Assembly (NCBI GenBank): GCA_964016885.1
Contig: OZ024742.1
Span: 930,001 to 994,000, forward strand
Source of the DNA: Eledone cirrhosa
Taxonomy: Eukaryota
Direction of reading: 5' to 3'
Length of the DNA stretch: 64,000 nucleotides
Shown: positions 28,586 through 38,725 of the stretch, one piece after another
Layout of the letters: each line of letters starts with the position of its first letter
Numbering within the stretch: position 1 is the stretch's first letter
Notes under the pieces: generated by a model
The model's database searches: none
Told to the model about the DNA's origin: nothing
The model's input: the letters and a program-made list of their open reading frames with translations, nothing else
Program-made: the position numbers and the translations under genes

Positions 28586-28634
28586 ATCTGAGGTGATGTT
28601 TGAAGCCATCATAATGATGGCCCCATACAACCCT

Positions 28635-28869
28635 ACAAAGACAAATTGAAACAGATAACGAAGAGCCCCTGGGAACAACAGTATGGCGTCATCTTAACAA
28701 GATTAGTGTAGAACACTTTGAAGAAAATCACCGGAGAACTGAGAAGAGTAAAAGGCAACGGAAAATTGAGCAACTCCAACGAAAACCTCCACAGACCATC
28801 AGCTGTGACCTGGGTAGACAATACTCCTTTACCGGCCTTGCTGACCACCAGAGGCACTCTCATGGATGA
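28635..28869 (+). mobile_element. Degenerate RTE-type LINE ORF C-terminal fragment
   Basis: Translates TVWRHLNKISVEHFEENHRRTEKSKRQRK...SCDLGRQYSFTGLADHQRHSHG*, resembling the RTE C-terminal WR...FE...KR-RK...CxxCGR..S..GL..H.R pattern. Confidence 0.55.
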
Positions 28870-29390
28870 GAAAATTGAAAAGAAAAAAATAATATATTCA
28901 GAAACGAGGAGTAAGTATATTTGGTAAAGAACCGAACATATGTCTTGAAATATCTGTTAGTTCCAGTGAAGAGTTAGAACAGATCTCACAAGACATCTTG
29001 TCTAGATTTGGAACAAAATCAGTCCAATATATAGTCCTTGATTTGTACTTTATTTATCAACCCTAACCTACCCAAAACCCTGAACACTGAAGTAGATTAA
29101 AAGCAAAATAGACTGTAATGAGATTTAAACTCAGAATGTAAGGAGCCACAACCAATACCATAAGACAGTCTAACACTCTAAAGACTCTGCCAATTTTGTG
29201 ACCCTAGATTTCTATTTTCTGATCCCCAGTAGGCTGGAAAGGATAGTTGAACTCTGTAAGATTCAGACTTAGAATGGGGAAAGATGGAAGAAATACCATG
29301 GAACCTTCTATCTGCTGTTCCAGTAACTCTACCAACAATCATCATCATCGTTTAACATAGGTTAGTTTGTCAATAAATACTTCTACTTAC

Positions 29391-29480
29391 ATCTTCCATT
29401 TTGTAGTTCATAAAAACAGTCTCTCCTCCAGCAACGGTTCTTTTTTGGGTTAAGGCATCAATAAGTGTCGTTTCCTTCAC
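29391..29480 (-). CDS. MYO9: Myosin IX-like motor domain exon
   Basis: ttttcag|GTG AAG...GAA GAT|gtaagt; VKETTLIDALTQKRTVAGGETVFMNYKMED. Confidence 0.92.
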
Positions 29481-29559
29481 CTGAAAACAACAATAACAAT
29501 GTCAACAATAACTTCTGTGTCTTTCAAAACATCATTTTACATCTGTTATTCCATGAAGG

Positions 29560-29865
29560 TTTAAATAGGTTGTTAGTGACCTAGTTAGTACTTAATGGGG
29601 TTTGAATAGGTCAATAGTGACCTAGTTAGTAGTTAATGGGGTTTAAATAGGTTGTTAGTACTTAATGGGGTTTGAATAGGTCGTTAGAAACCAAATAGTT
29701 AATGAGGTTTAAATAGGTCGTTAGAGACCTAGTTAGTAGTTAATTAGGTTTAAATAGGTCGGTAGAGACCTAGTTAGTAGTTAATTAGGTTTAAATAGGT
29801 CATTAGAGACCTAGTTAGTAGTTAATTAGGTTTAAATAGGTCGTTAGAGATCTAGTTAGTAGTTA
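29560..29865. repeat. 41-bp tandem repeat in a 653-bp intron
   Basis: GGTTTAAATAGGTCGTTAGAGACCTAGTTAGTAGTTAATTA, about 7-8 copies. Confidence 0.88.
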
Positions 29866-30133
29866 AAATTTCATGCTCAACTGAGTACATTTTATGGTGG
29901 CACCAACACTAGGGTAGCTGTCATGTCCTTGAACACTAAAGACTCTCTGTTGGGTTTTTATATACTTCGGTCTTATGGTGTCTGGGATGTTGCTTTTGAG
30001 GGTCATGACAGATCCATTGCAATAGAATACAATAGCAATACATGATATGAAATATGTTACCTTCAATAAATGAGATATCACAGTGATAACAGTGGTATCA
30101 TTACAATATAATACATGATATGAAATATGTTAC

Positions 30134-30211
30134 CTTCAATAAATGAGATATCACAGTGATAACAGCTTCGTTTCTAATCACTACAGATTCATCATGGTGG
30201 AGATCTCCTTT
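30134..30211 (-). CDS. MYO9: Myosin IX-like motor domain exon
   Basis: caacag|AAA GGA...TTG AAG|gtaaca; KGDLHHDESVVIRNEAVITVISHLLK, in frame between flanking exons. Confidence 0.88.
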
Positions 30212-30314
30212 CTGTTGATATATAGAAATATAGGCAGCGTTTTATATAATGGCCACATATAATAAACATACACATGTATACATATTACATACATACATAT
30301 GCATACACATATGT

Positions 30315-30458
30315 GTTACTGGCACTTTATTTTATAGACTCCATAAGGATGAAAGGCAAAAACCAAGTGAGATTTGAACTCAGAACGTAAAGGGTCATAA
30401 CAATATACCACAAAGCATGTTGTCTGACACTCCACTGATTACTGCCAATCCACCACCT
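30315..30458 (-). mobile_element. SINE family A copy
   Basis: ACTTTATTTTAT...AAGGATGAAAGGCAAA...GATTTGAACTCAGAAC...CTGCCAATCCACC. Confidence 0.75.
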
Positions 30459-30557
30459 GTTGTTATTATATATATATATATATGTGTGTCTAAACCCCAT
30501 GCTAGCGTGGAAGATAGATTTTTTTTTTTTTTGTTAATCTTATATATATATATATAT

Positions 30558-30898
30558 GGAGGCACATGGCTTAGTGGTTAGAGCATTGGCCTTGCAATCG
30601 AAAGGTTGTGAGTTCAATTCTTGGACCATGTGATGTGTTGTTTCCTTGAGCAAGACACTTTATTTCACATTGCTCCAGTTTACTCAGCTGTAGAAATGAG
30701 ATGATAGGGACTGGGGTCCATATCATTCCACTGTAAAGTGGTTGTGGAGGTGCCACGGCAAAAGAAGCACCCAGCATTCACTGTAAATGAGGTTGGTGTT
30801 AGGAAGGGCTTCCAGCTGTAGAAATCAAGCCAGAATCAGTTCCCGTCCCACCCTGGCAAGCAGTGAAAAAGTGGACGTAAAATGATGATGATGATGAT
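30558..30898 (+). mobile_element. tRNA-derived SINE family C with RTE-derived tail
   Basis: A box TGGCTTAGTGG, B box GAGTTCAATTC, 3' CCCGTCCCACCCTGGCAAGCAG...GGACGTAAAA(TGA)n; near-identical copies at 40888 and 59358. Confidence 0.88.
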
Positions 30899-30904
30899 AT
30901 ATAT

Positions 30905-31401
30905 AAATGGGATAACAAGTTATCATTATAGGTAATCCAGTTAGAGGTTGTGAGTACTCTGCGTCGTGGATAGTTTTAACATACGGCTTTGTTTGACTCA
31001 ACAAGATGCTTCCAAAGTTATGCAGCGAGTTCGCGGTAATTCCTATGTAGGTTATACTTGGAGTAATAATAGTTAAAGAATGAAGAGTAACATGGTTGGC
31101 TGTACAATAAGGGGCTTTATTTCAAGTACTGACAATTGTTTCATTGATCAGGGGAGTCTAGAGTTTGCTAATCGCTTGAGATTGTGTCATTCGATCTCCA
31201 ATACATTATTTACCTCTGGTCAACACATCAGAGTACGTAGATATGTTGATGTGTTGACCAGAGGTAAATAATGTATTGGAGATCGAATGACACAATCTCA
31301 AGCGATTAGCAAACTCTAGACTCCCCTGATCAATGAAACAATTGTCAGTACTTGAAATAAAGCCCCTTATTGTACAGCCAACCATGTTACTCTTCATTCT
31401 T

Positions 31402-31408
<7 letters not shown>
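30905..31408 (-). mobile_element. Penelope-like remnant with a 162-bp perfect inverted repeat
   Basis: Arms 31069-31230 and 31247-31408 with a 16-bp loop; a hammerhead motif in the arm; adjacent minus-strand YIGITANSLH (GIY-YIG-like) fragment; flanked by (TA)n. Confidence 0.7.
31126..31236 (-). ncRNA. Type I hammerhead ribozyme motif (A9U core variant, long stem II)
   Basis: GUACU-CUGAUGU-GUUGACCAG..CUGAUCAAU-GAAAC-AAUU-GUC|AGUAC: stem I 5/5 bp, stem II paired, palindromic stem III, GUC triplet. Confidence 0.72.
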
Positions 31409-31437
<29 letters not shown>

Positions 31438-31440
<3 letters not shown>

Positions 31441-34400
31441 TCGTCATCCTCCTCCTCATCATCATCATCATCATTATCATTATTTTACATCCGCTTTTCC
31501 CTGCTTGCAAGGGTGGGACGGGTCTTATTCAGCACAGCATCTCTCCACTCGTCACGGTCCCTCGTCATCTCCACTGTGAGCTTCAGCGATCTGAGGTCTG
31601 TTCTCACCACCTCCGCCCATGTTTTTCGTAGTCTACCTCTACCACGTCTTCCTTCAACTGGCATTTCCTGGCACTTCTTCACCCATCGGTCATCCTCCAT
31701 ACGCATCACATGTCCATACCACCTCAGTCTCCTCTCTCGCACACTTCATTCTATCCCTCTCAGACACAGTTTCTCTCTCAACACATTCATGCTGGGTCGT
31801 TCACCCACATTGACATTGCACATCCAACGGAGCATGCTTGCCTCATTTCTCTCCAGCCGTCGCATATCCTCTGCAGTTGCTACCTATGTCTCACTACCAT
31901 GCAGCATCACGCTCCTCACACAGGCATCATATAACCGGCCTTTCGTACGCAGGGAGAAACCCTTCTTCGTCAGCAGAGGAAGCAGCTCCCTAAACTTCTT
32001 CCAACCCGTCCTTATTCTAGATACTATGGCCTCGGAACCCCCCCCCCCCTCCCATGCTAATCTGATCTCCTATCCACCACTTCTATAGCACCCGCCTGCA
32101 TTTGAAAAATGTGTCTATCAATGCGACTTCTACTGTCTAATTTCCCTGTACATCTACTGCATACATATTTCTCCCTACCTGTTAGTTTGCCTGCTATCCC
32201 GCTACATCTCTTGTGTACCCAGGATCTGCATTGTGTGCATTTTATAGAATTTATGCCAGTTCCTTTTCTGCATATCGAACATGGCCATTTCCCTGACGGA
32301 ATCAGAGTTTTGTCCACTTTTCTACTCACCAACACTTTTGACTCAGTCCTCTTGCTTCCAACTGCTGTTTCCATAGCCAGAATTTATTCTCTAGCTCCTC
32401 TACTGATTCTGCTATAAGAACCAGATCGTCAGCATAGAGAAGTTCCCATGGACAGCCAGTCTTAAACTCCTCTGTTATGGCTTGGAGGACTATAATGAAC
32501 AAGAGCGGGCTGAGGACTGAACCTTGATGTACACCTACTTGTATCTGGAATTCCTCACTAAACTCCATTCCTACCCTGACTTTACTGACAGTACCTCTGT
32601 ACAAAGTTTGCACTGTCCTCACAAGCCATTCCTCAACACCTAGTTTCCTTAGGGACCACCAGATGACAGATCGGGGTACCCTATCTAGGTCAACAAAGGC
32701 TAAGTATAGTGGCTTATTTTTCTCTAAGAACCTCTCTTGCAATTATCTCACCAAGAAGAGGGCATATGTTGTATTTTTCCAAGGCACAAAACAAACTGCA
32801 TCTCATCTAGTTTGACCCTTTCTCTAATTAGTTGTGCTAAAATCCTTTCTGCCACTTTCATAACCTCATCCATCAGTTTTATACCCCTATAATTGCTCCT
32901 CTCCAGTAACAATTTATGAGAATACTGCTGCACCAGTCTTTCGGTATGACACCACCATATATAGCCCGATTGATGATGCGCGCAACCAGTTTACTGCCTA
33001 CGTCCCGATGCCTTCAGCATCTCAGCAACTATCCCCGACGGTCCGGCCGCCTTACCATTCTTCATTTCCCTAATCGCCTCTTGGACCCTATATTCGTCAA
33101 TCTCAATAGCTGGTCCCTCTGTCGGATCTACCAAGGGTAATTTTTCTCTCTCCCATTCGTTCTCCACATTCATCAGTCTCTCATAATGACATTTCCAGGC
33201 CTCCTTTTTCTGATCATTCGTGACACTAAGTACACCGCCATCATTCCAGACAGATTTATCTCCAACAACATCCTGATTTGCATTGACACACTGCCTTGCA
33301 ATGTGGAACACCGCACACCTCTGATCTTCTCGTCACAGAACATTGGCAAACCTCCTACTCTCAGCCTCCCTGCGTGCTAAGTACACCTGACGTCTAGCTT
33401 CTCTCTTAGCGGCTGTATATCTTTCTCTACTCCCACCCTTTTTCCAAGCCTTCCATGCTAGTCTTTTGTCTCTAATCACCTTATCTACTGTGCTGTTCCA
33501 CCACCAGGTCACTCTCTGTCTGGTTGGAGCTCTGCTCCAGCTACAATTTCATCAGTAGCCTGCAGTAAGTTGTCACATAAGAAATTCCAGTTATTATCTA
33601 TGTCATACGTCTCTAGATCGTCTTCTTTTTCATCATACACATCTTGAAAGGCTTTCCTAAATTTGTATTTTAGTGAAAGGTCTTTTAGCTTCCAAACTTT
33701 TCTTCTCCACACCTTCCTGTATGTCTCATTCCATCTCTTGCTTACTGAGATATCACTAACGACTAACCTATGCTGTGGGGTACATTCTTTCCCAGGGTAT
33801 GCCTTGGTATTTCACACCATCTGCCTGTCCCGCTGCCTAACTAGTAAGAAGTCAATCTGGCTTATGTGCTCGCCTGATTTGTAGGTTATTAGGTGGTTGG
33901 CTGGTTTCTGGAAGTTGGTGTTGCAAATAGTCAGTGTACTTGCATCACAAAATTCAAGAAGTCTCACTCCTTCTTTATTTCTTGAGCCGTAACCCAGTGT
34001 AACCATCCTGGAGCTGTCCAACATGACCATTGAAGTCCCCTGCAAGCATAACAATGTCTCCGTCCTCTGTCATTGCGGTTGTTTGTAAAAGTTGCTCGTA
34101 AAAGCAGTCTTTCTCTTCTTTGCCTAGGCCTGCTTGGGGAGCATAGGCAGAGATGATTGTCAGTAGTCTCCTGCCTACAACTAATCTAAGCTTAATTATT
34201 CGATTATTAACTCGAACTACTTCTATTGTCTTATTGATCCATCTTTCAGCCAGGAAAATGCCTACTCCCCCTAACCCATCATCCTTACCTATCCAGAAAA
34301 GCTTATAGCTAAGACGATTTCCTGCGACTAGTCTCGCAGAGGCACCTCTCCATCTCACCTCTTGCACGCAGCACACATCCACATGCCTTCTCTCTAGCAT

Positions 34401-34730
34401 CTCCGCTATTTCACCAGATCTACCCGTGAGAGTGCCAACATTAAGTGTTGCAACTCTGAGATGCAACGTCTTCATATTTTGTTGTTCCTATATACTTGTT
34501 GCTGTGCTTATAATCGTTTTGGCATTGATACACTGGTTGGATGGCCTTCCTAACACCAGTGCCACTTTACAGCATGGACTGGGTGCTTTTATTCGTGCCA
34601 CCAGCACTAGAGAGGATGTCTTACTGGACTCATGGGCCCTCTCTACCCCTCCATTTTACAGCATGGTCATAACAAAAAAAAACACCACTTATTGACACTC
34701 ACGGCACACACATTCCCTCACACACCAACA
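31438..34730 (-). mobile_element. RTE-clade LINE, near full length, frameshifted (APE endonuclease + RT + PHD-like Cys-rich module)
   Basis: TLNVGTL, CCVQEVRW, SAYAPQ, GDFNGHVG (APE); GVHQGSVLSPLLF, LLYADDL (RT); RRLRWYGHVMR, GRRGRGR..KTW C-terminus; (TGA)n tail. Confidence 0.93.
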
Positions 34731-34748
34731 CTCCTGCATATAAACACA

Positions 34749-34792
<44 letters not shown>

Positions 34793-35065
34793 TACATAGA
34801 CACACCCAACTATATGGTATTAATGTATCTGTATGTGTCTAAATGAGTGTGTATACGCCTGTATCATGTGTGGGTGTGGGTGTAATGTGACACTAGGTAA
34901 ACATTGGGAATGACGTCAAAACAGAGGAGATATTAAATTAATTATATTACATAGAAAACAGTAATATATATATAGTGTATAAATGTATGCATATATATAT
35001 AGTGTATAAATGTATGTATGTATGTGTGTATATATATATAGTGTATAAATGTATGTATGTATGTA

Positions 35066-35104
<39 letters not shown>

Positions 35105-35174
35105 TATAAATGTATGTATGTATGTATGTATGTGTGTGTATATATATATATATATAAATGTGTGTTTTATATAT

Positions 35175-35760
35175 ATCATCATCATCATCATCATTCGTCG
35201 ACTACTGTCGAGATGATGGATCTCACTCTCATGCCCCAGAATTATATATCATCATCGATTAACATCTATCTTCCACACTAGCATGGGTTAGACAGGTTTG
35301 TCCCATTTAGAGGTAAGTTGGATCAGGTGACCGTGTCTCACTCATATACAAGAGTTTCTGGCTGGTTCTCTATGGCTGGATGCCCTTCCGAACACCAACC
35401 ACATTGACAGTGTGGGCTGGGTACCTTTGTTGTGTCACCAACACAACCACATTGACAGTGTGGGCTGGGTGCTTTTTGCAGTGTCTTTTACACGATCACT
35501 TTACTGGGCACCTTTGTTGTGTCACCAACACAACCACTTTATAATGGGGCCCAAAGAGGGTGTAGAAGCTTAGGGAAAATGTGAACAGAGTAGTAGGTGA
35601 GGTATGGTTACCGTTAAGGGAGGTGAATGAGAGGGGATAGCAGGTTGAGGAAGGTGTGGCCTACTAGGTATAAGTCTCAACCTGAGAATAATAGAGGGCG
35701 GGTCTTCTGTAAAACTGCATAGCACCAGAGGTCACAGTCCTGTATCATTGCCTTTGAGAG
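35175..35760 (-). mobile_element. Non-autonomous RTE-related element
   Basis: RTE-type tail CCATGCTAGTGTGGAAG...(TGA)n on the minus strand, plus the GGATGCCCTTCC..AACACCAACCAC segment shared with the RTE 5' region; internal duplication. Confidence 0.6.
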
Positions 35761-35761
35761 G

Positions 35762-35820
<59 letters not shown>

Positions 35821-35832
35821 ATATATATATAT

Positions 35833-36490
35833 ACGGAAACGGCAGCTGGAATCAAGAGGACTGAGAGTGAACCTAGCTAAGACCAAAGTGTTGATAAGTA
35901 GGAAAGAGGACAAAACTCTGATTCCATCAGGGAAATGGCCATGTTCGATATGTAGAAAAGGAGTTGGCATAAATTCTATAAAATGTACCCAGTGCAGATC
36001 TTGGGTACACAAGAGCTGTAGTGGGATAGCAGGAAAACTAACAGGTAGAGAAAACTACATATGCAGTAGATGTTCAAGGAAATTTGACAGTAGAAGTCAC
36101 AGTGATTGACACATTTTTCAAATGCCGGTAGGATCTATAGAGGTGATTGATAGCTTCCGATAGCTGGGTGATCAAATTAGTATCCAGATTAAGGACGGGT
36201 TGGAAGAAGTTTAGGGAGCTGCTTCCTTTGTTGACAAAGAAGGGTTTCCCTACGAACGAAAGGCCGGTTATATGATGCCTGCGTGAGATGCGTGATGCTG
36301 CATGGCAGTGAGACATGGGCAGCAACTGTGGAAGATATGCGATGGCTGGAGAGAAATGAAGCAAGCATGCTCCGTTGGATGTGCAATGTCAATGTGCGTT
36401 AACGACCAACCTAACATTACCCACAAGAGGACAACCCGTCTAACCCATACTAGCGTGGAAGAATCGACGTAAAACGGTGATGATGATGAT
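35833..36490 (+). mobile_element. 5'-truncated RTE LINE fragment
   Basis: KRQLESRGLRVNLAKTKV...KWPCSICRKG..., closely similar to 31800-32380 in the opposite orientation; RTE tail. Confidence 0.88.
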
Positions 36491-36754
36491 ATATATATAT
36501 ATATTTATATATATGTATGTGTTTTATGTGTGTGTGTGTGTGTGTAAAATGTAAATGAAAACAACAATACAGTACAATGAAGAAATATATTAATTTAACT
36601 CTTGATACAGTAAAAAAAGTTTTTGTTTCGGATACTAGTCTTTCATCAGAAAAAAGAATGAGAAATAAAAGCTGAAATATGATGATAGAGAGTGAGAAGG
36701 GGAAGGAACAGAAAAAAACATATGTTCAGTCAGCATTTTAGGAAAATGTGTTGC

Positions 36755-36860
36755 GTGTCGTGTCGTGTCGTGTCGTGTCGTGTCGTGTCGTGTCTTGTCG
36801 TGTCGTGTCTTGTCGTGTCGTGTCGTGTCGTGTCTTGTGTCGTGTGTGTGGTGTGTGTGT
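36755..36860. repeat. (GTGTC)n microsatellite
   Basis: Direct reading. Confidence 0.9.
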
Positions 36861-37153
36861 GAGACAAGTGACTTTGGATGGAAATTATATGCAACCAGCA
36901 GAGCATGTTGTAGATGCAGTAACAACATTAGTGAGGAGACAGCAGAGTAGTGGCAACAAATGATAGAATGAGGATACTATATGTTGATAGAGCAGAGGAT
37001 GTAGTAGTAGTGGTAACAATAGAATGAGGACACAGTATGTCTGTAGAAGAGAGGCCGTGGTAGTTGTAGCCATAACAAAAGAGCAGAGAGAAGACAGAAA
37101 GTGTCAGTTTGCTAGAAATTTGATTTTCTTATGAAATAATAAAAGTATTTTAC

Positions 37154-37208
37154 CTTTTTGAACTCCACATTTCCAAGATGTAACACCGCAGACAACACAG
37201 AGAAAATC
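37154..37208 (-). CDS. MYO9: Myosin IX-like motor domain exon
   Basis: aaatag|G ATT...AAA AAG|gtaaaa; (R)IFSVLSAVLHLGNVEFKK, the LHLGN myosin motif. Confidence 0.92.
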
Positions 37209-37419
37209 CTATTTTGAAGAAAAAGGGAAAACAATGGTAGAATAAATAAACAAACAATAATTTAGCAAATATCAAACTTTCACATAAAATTCCACTGAAG
37301 TATTTCAAAGATTTCTTCCAGAATATTCCAGGAAATTATTTCAAAGGTTTCTTTGATTCTAATGACCGTCTTTCATTCTAAAAACTACCTTGATCATCAA
37401 TCTGTCTTCAATCATAAAG

Positions 37420-37605
37420 TCTGCCTTTGATCCTAAGTCTACAATTGATCATAGGATCTGTCTTTGATCCTAGCTCTACCTCTGATCCTAGCTACCTCTA
37501 CCTTTAATACTAGCTCTACCTCTGATCCTAGCTACCTCTACCTTTGATCCTAGCTATCTCTACCTTTGATCCTAGCTACCTTTGATCCTAGCTCTGCCTG
37601 TGATC
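37420..37605. repeat. Degenerate TGATCCTAGCT(CT)ACCT tandem repeat
   Basis: 18-21-bp units within the 530-bp intron. Confidence 0.75.
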
Positions 37606-37738
37606 ATTGGTTTAGTTTTGATCATAAAATTTGTGTTTTTATAATAAATTCTATTTTTGATGATAATTCAGTAAAGACACTCAACAGCAATATTGCAGTG
37701 GAAGAAGATACAACAAAACATAATAAAGTCATTCTAAC

Positions 37739-37839
37739 CTGTGTTGTCTTTCGTTAGAAAAACCAACCATTTCCATAGACTGCTTTAAACGGGCAAATTC
37801 ATGTTCTTCATCGACACCATCAACAGTATAACAGTTACT
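37739..37839 (-). CDS. MYO9: Myosin IX-like motor domain exon
   Basis: attctag|AGT...CAC AG|gttaga; SNCYTVDGVDEEHEFARLKQSMEMVGFSNERQH(R); MEMVGF resembles class IX myosins. Confidence 0.92.
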
Positions 37840-37859
37840 CTAGAATAATAAGAAACAAT

Positions 37860-38082
37860 ATTAATAATGATTTCTACTATAGGCACAAGGCCAGCAAATT
37901 TGGGGGAGGGAAAAGTTGATCAAATCGACCCCAGTGCATGACTGGTACTTTATTTTATCGACCCCGTAAGGATGAAAGGCAAAGTTAACCTCGGCAGGAT
38001 TTGAACTCAGACCGTAAAGGGCTGTAACTCTATGCTGCAAAGCATGGCGTCCGACCTTCTACCGATACTGCCAATCCACCGA
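37860..38082 (-). mobile_element. SINE family A, well-preserved copy just upstream of an acceptor
   Basis: Near-identical to 4384-4576. Confidence 0.85.
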
Positions 38083-38443
38083 ATAATGGTGTTTGATGAT
38101 GTCTTGTAACTTAGCTGTCACACAAGCAGAGATTGATGAAATAAGTCTCAGATTTCAAATATAAAAAAAGTTTAAATATATATATTGAGGTTAACTTGAT
38201 CAACTAAAAAATAAAACCCTTGAAGGCAGTGCTCCAGCATGACCTGTAGTCTAATGACTGATACCAGACTGTGTCCTCCTCAGAAGCACAGCTATGGAGC
38301 CATCTAAGGTTACCAGAATATGGCCCAGCAGTAGCAGCAAGAGTGGCGACAGGACTGAAGTGGTGACATAGATCAGTCAACGCATGTCAAACACTTTAGA
38401 GTTTGGCTTATTACAAGACTAAATTAATATAGCAAATGCCAGC

Positions 38444-38482
<39 letters not shown>

Positions 38483-38725
38483 ACAATTGTGTATAAAAGT
38501 GGAGACTAAATCTCGTATAAACCTCTTCAACTCTGGCAGACAGGAAGAACACAAAAATACTCAAATCTTGACTGACATATATATATATATATATATGATG
38601 ATGATGATGATGAAGCGACGTCCTGTCTGGGAGTCTGGTACTCTCACTCGTTTAATGCAACGAAAACTGGGATAAGCACCAGCCTGATGAGCCTCCAGGC
38701 TTAAGCCAGACTTTCGCCTATATAT

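Noticed and set aside
30558-30630. tRNA genes (also near 41150-41221 and 59358-59430)
   Set aside because: A and B boxes are present but there is no proper cloverleaf or acceptor stem; they continue into a SINE body
31080-31397. Twin 63-aa ORFs on opposite strands
   Set aside because: Consequence of the palindrome; no coding evidence
38684-38705. CTGATGA-GCCT/AGGC hammerhead candidate
   Set aside because: No GAAA after the stem; looks like a SINE tail fragment
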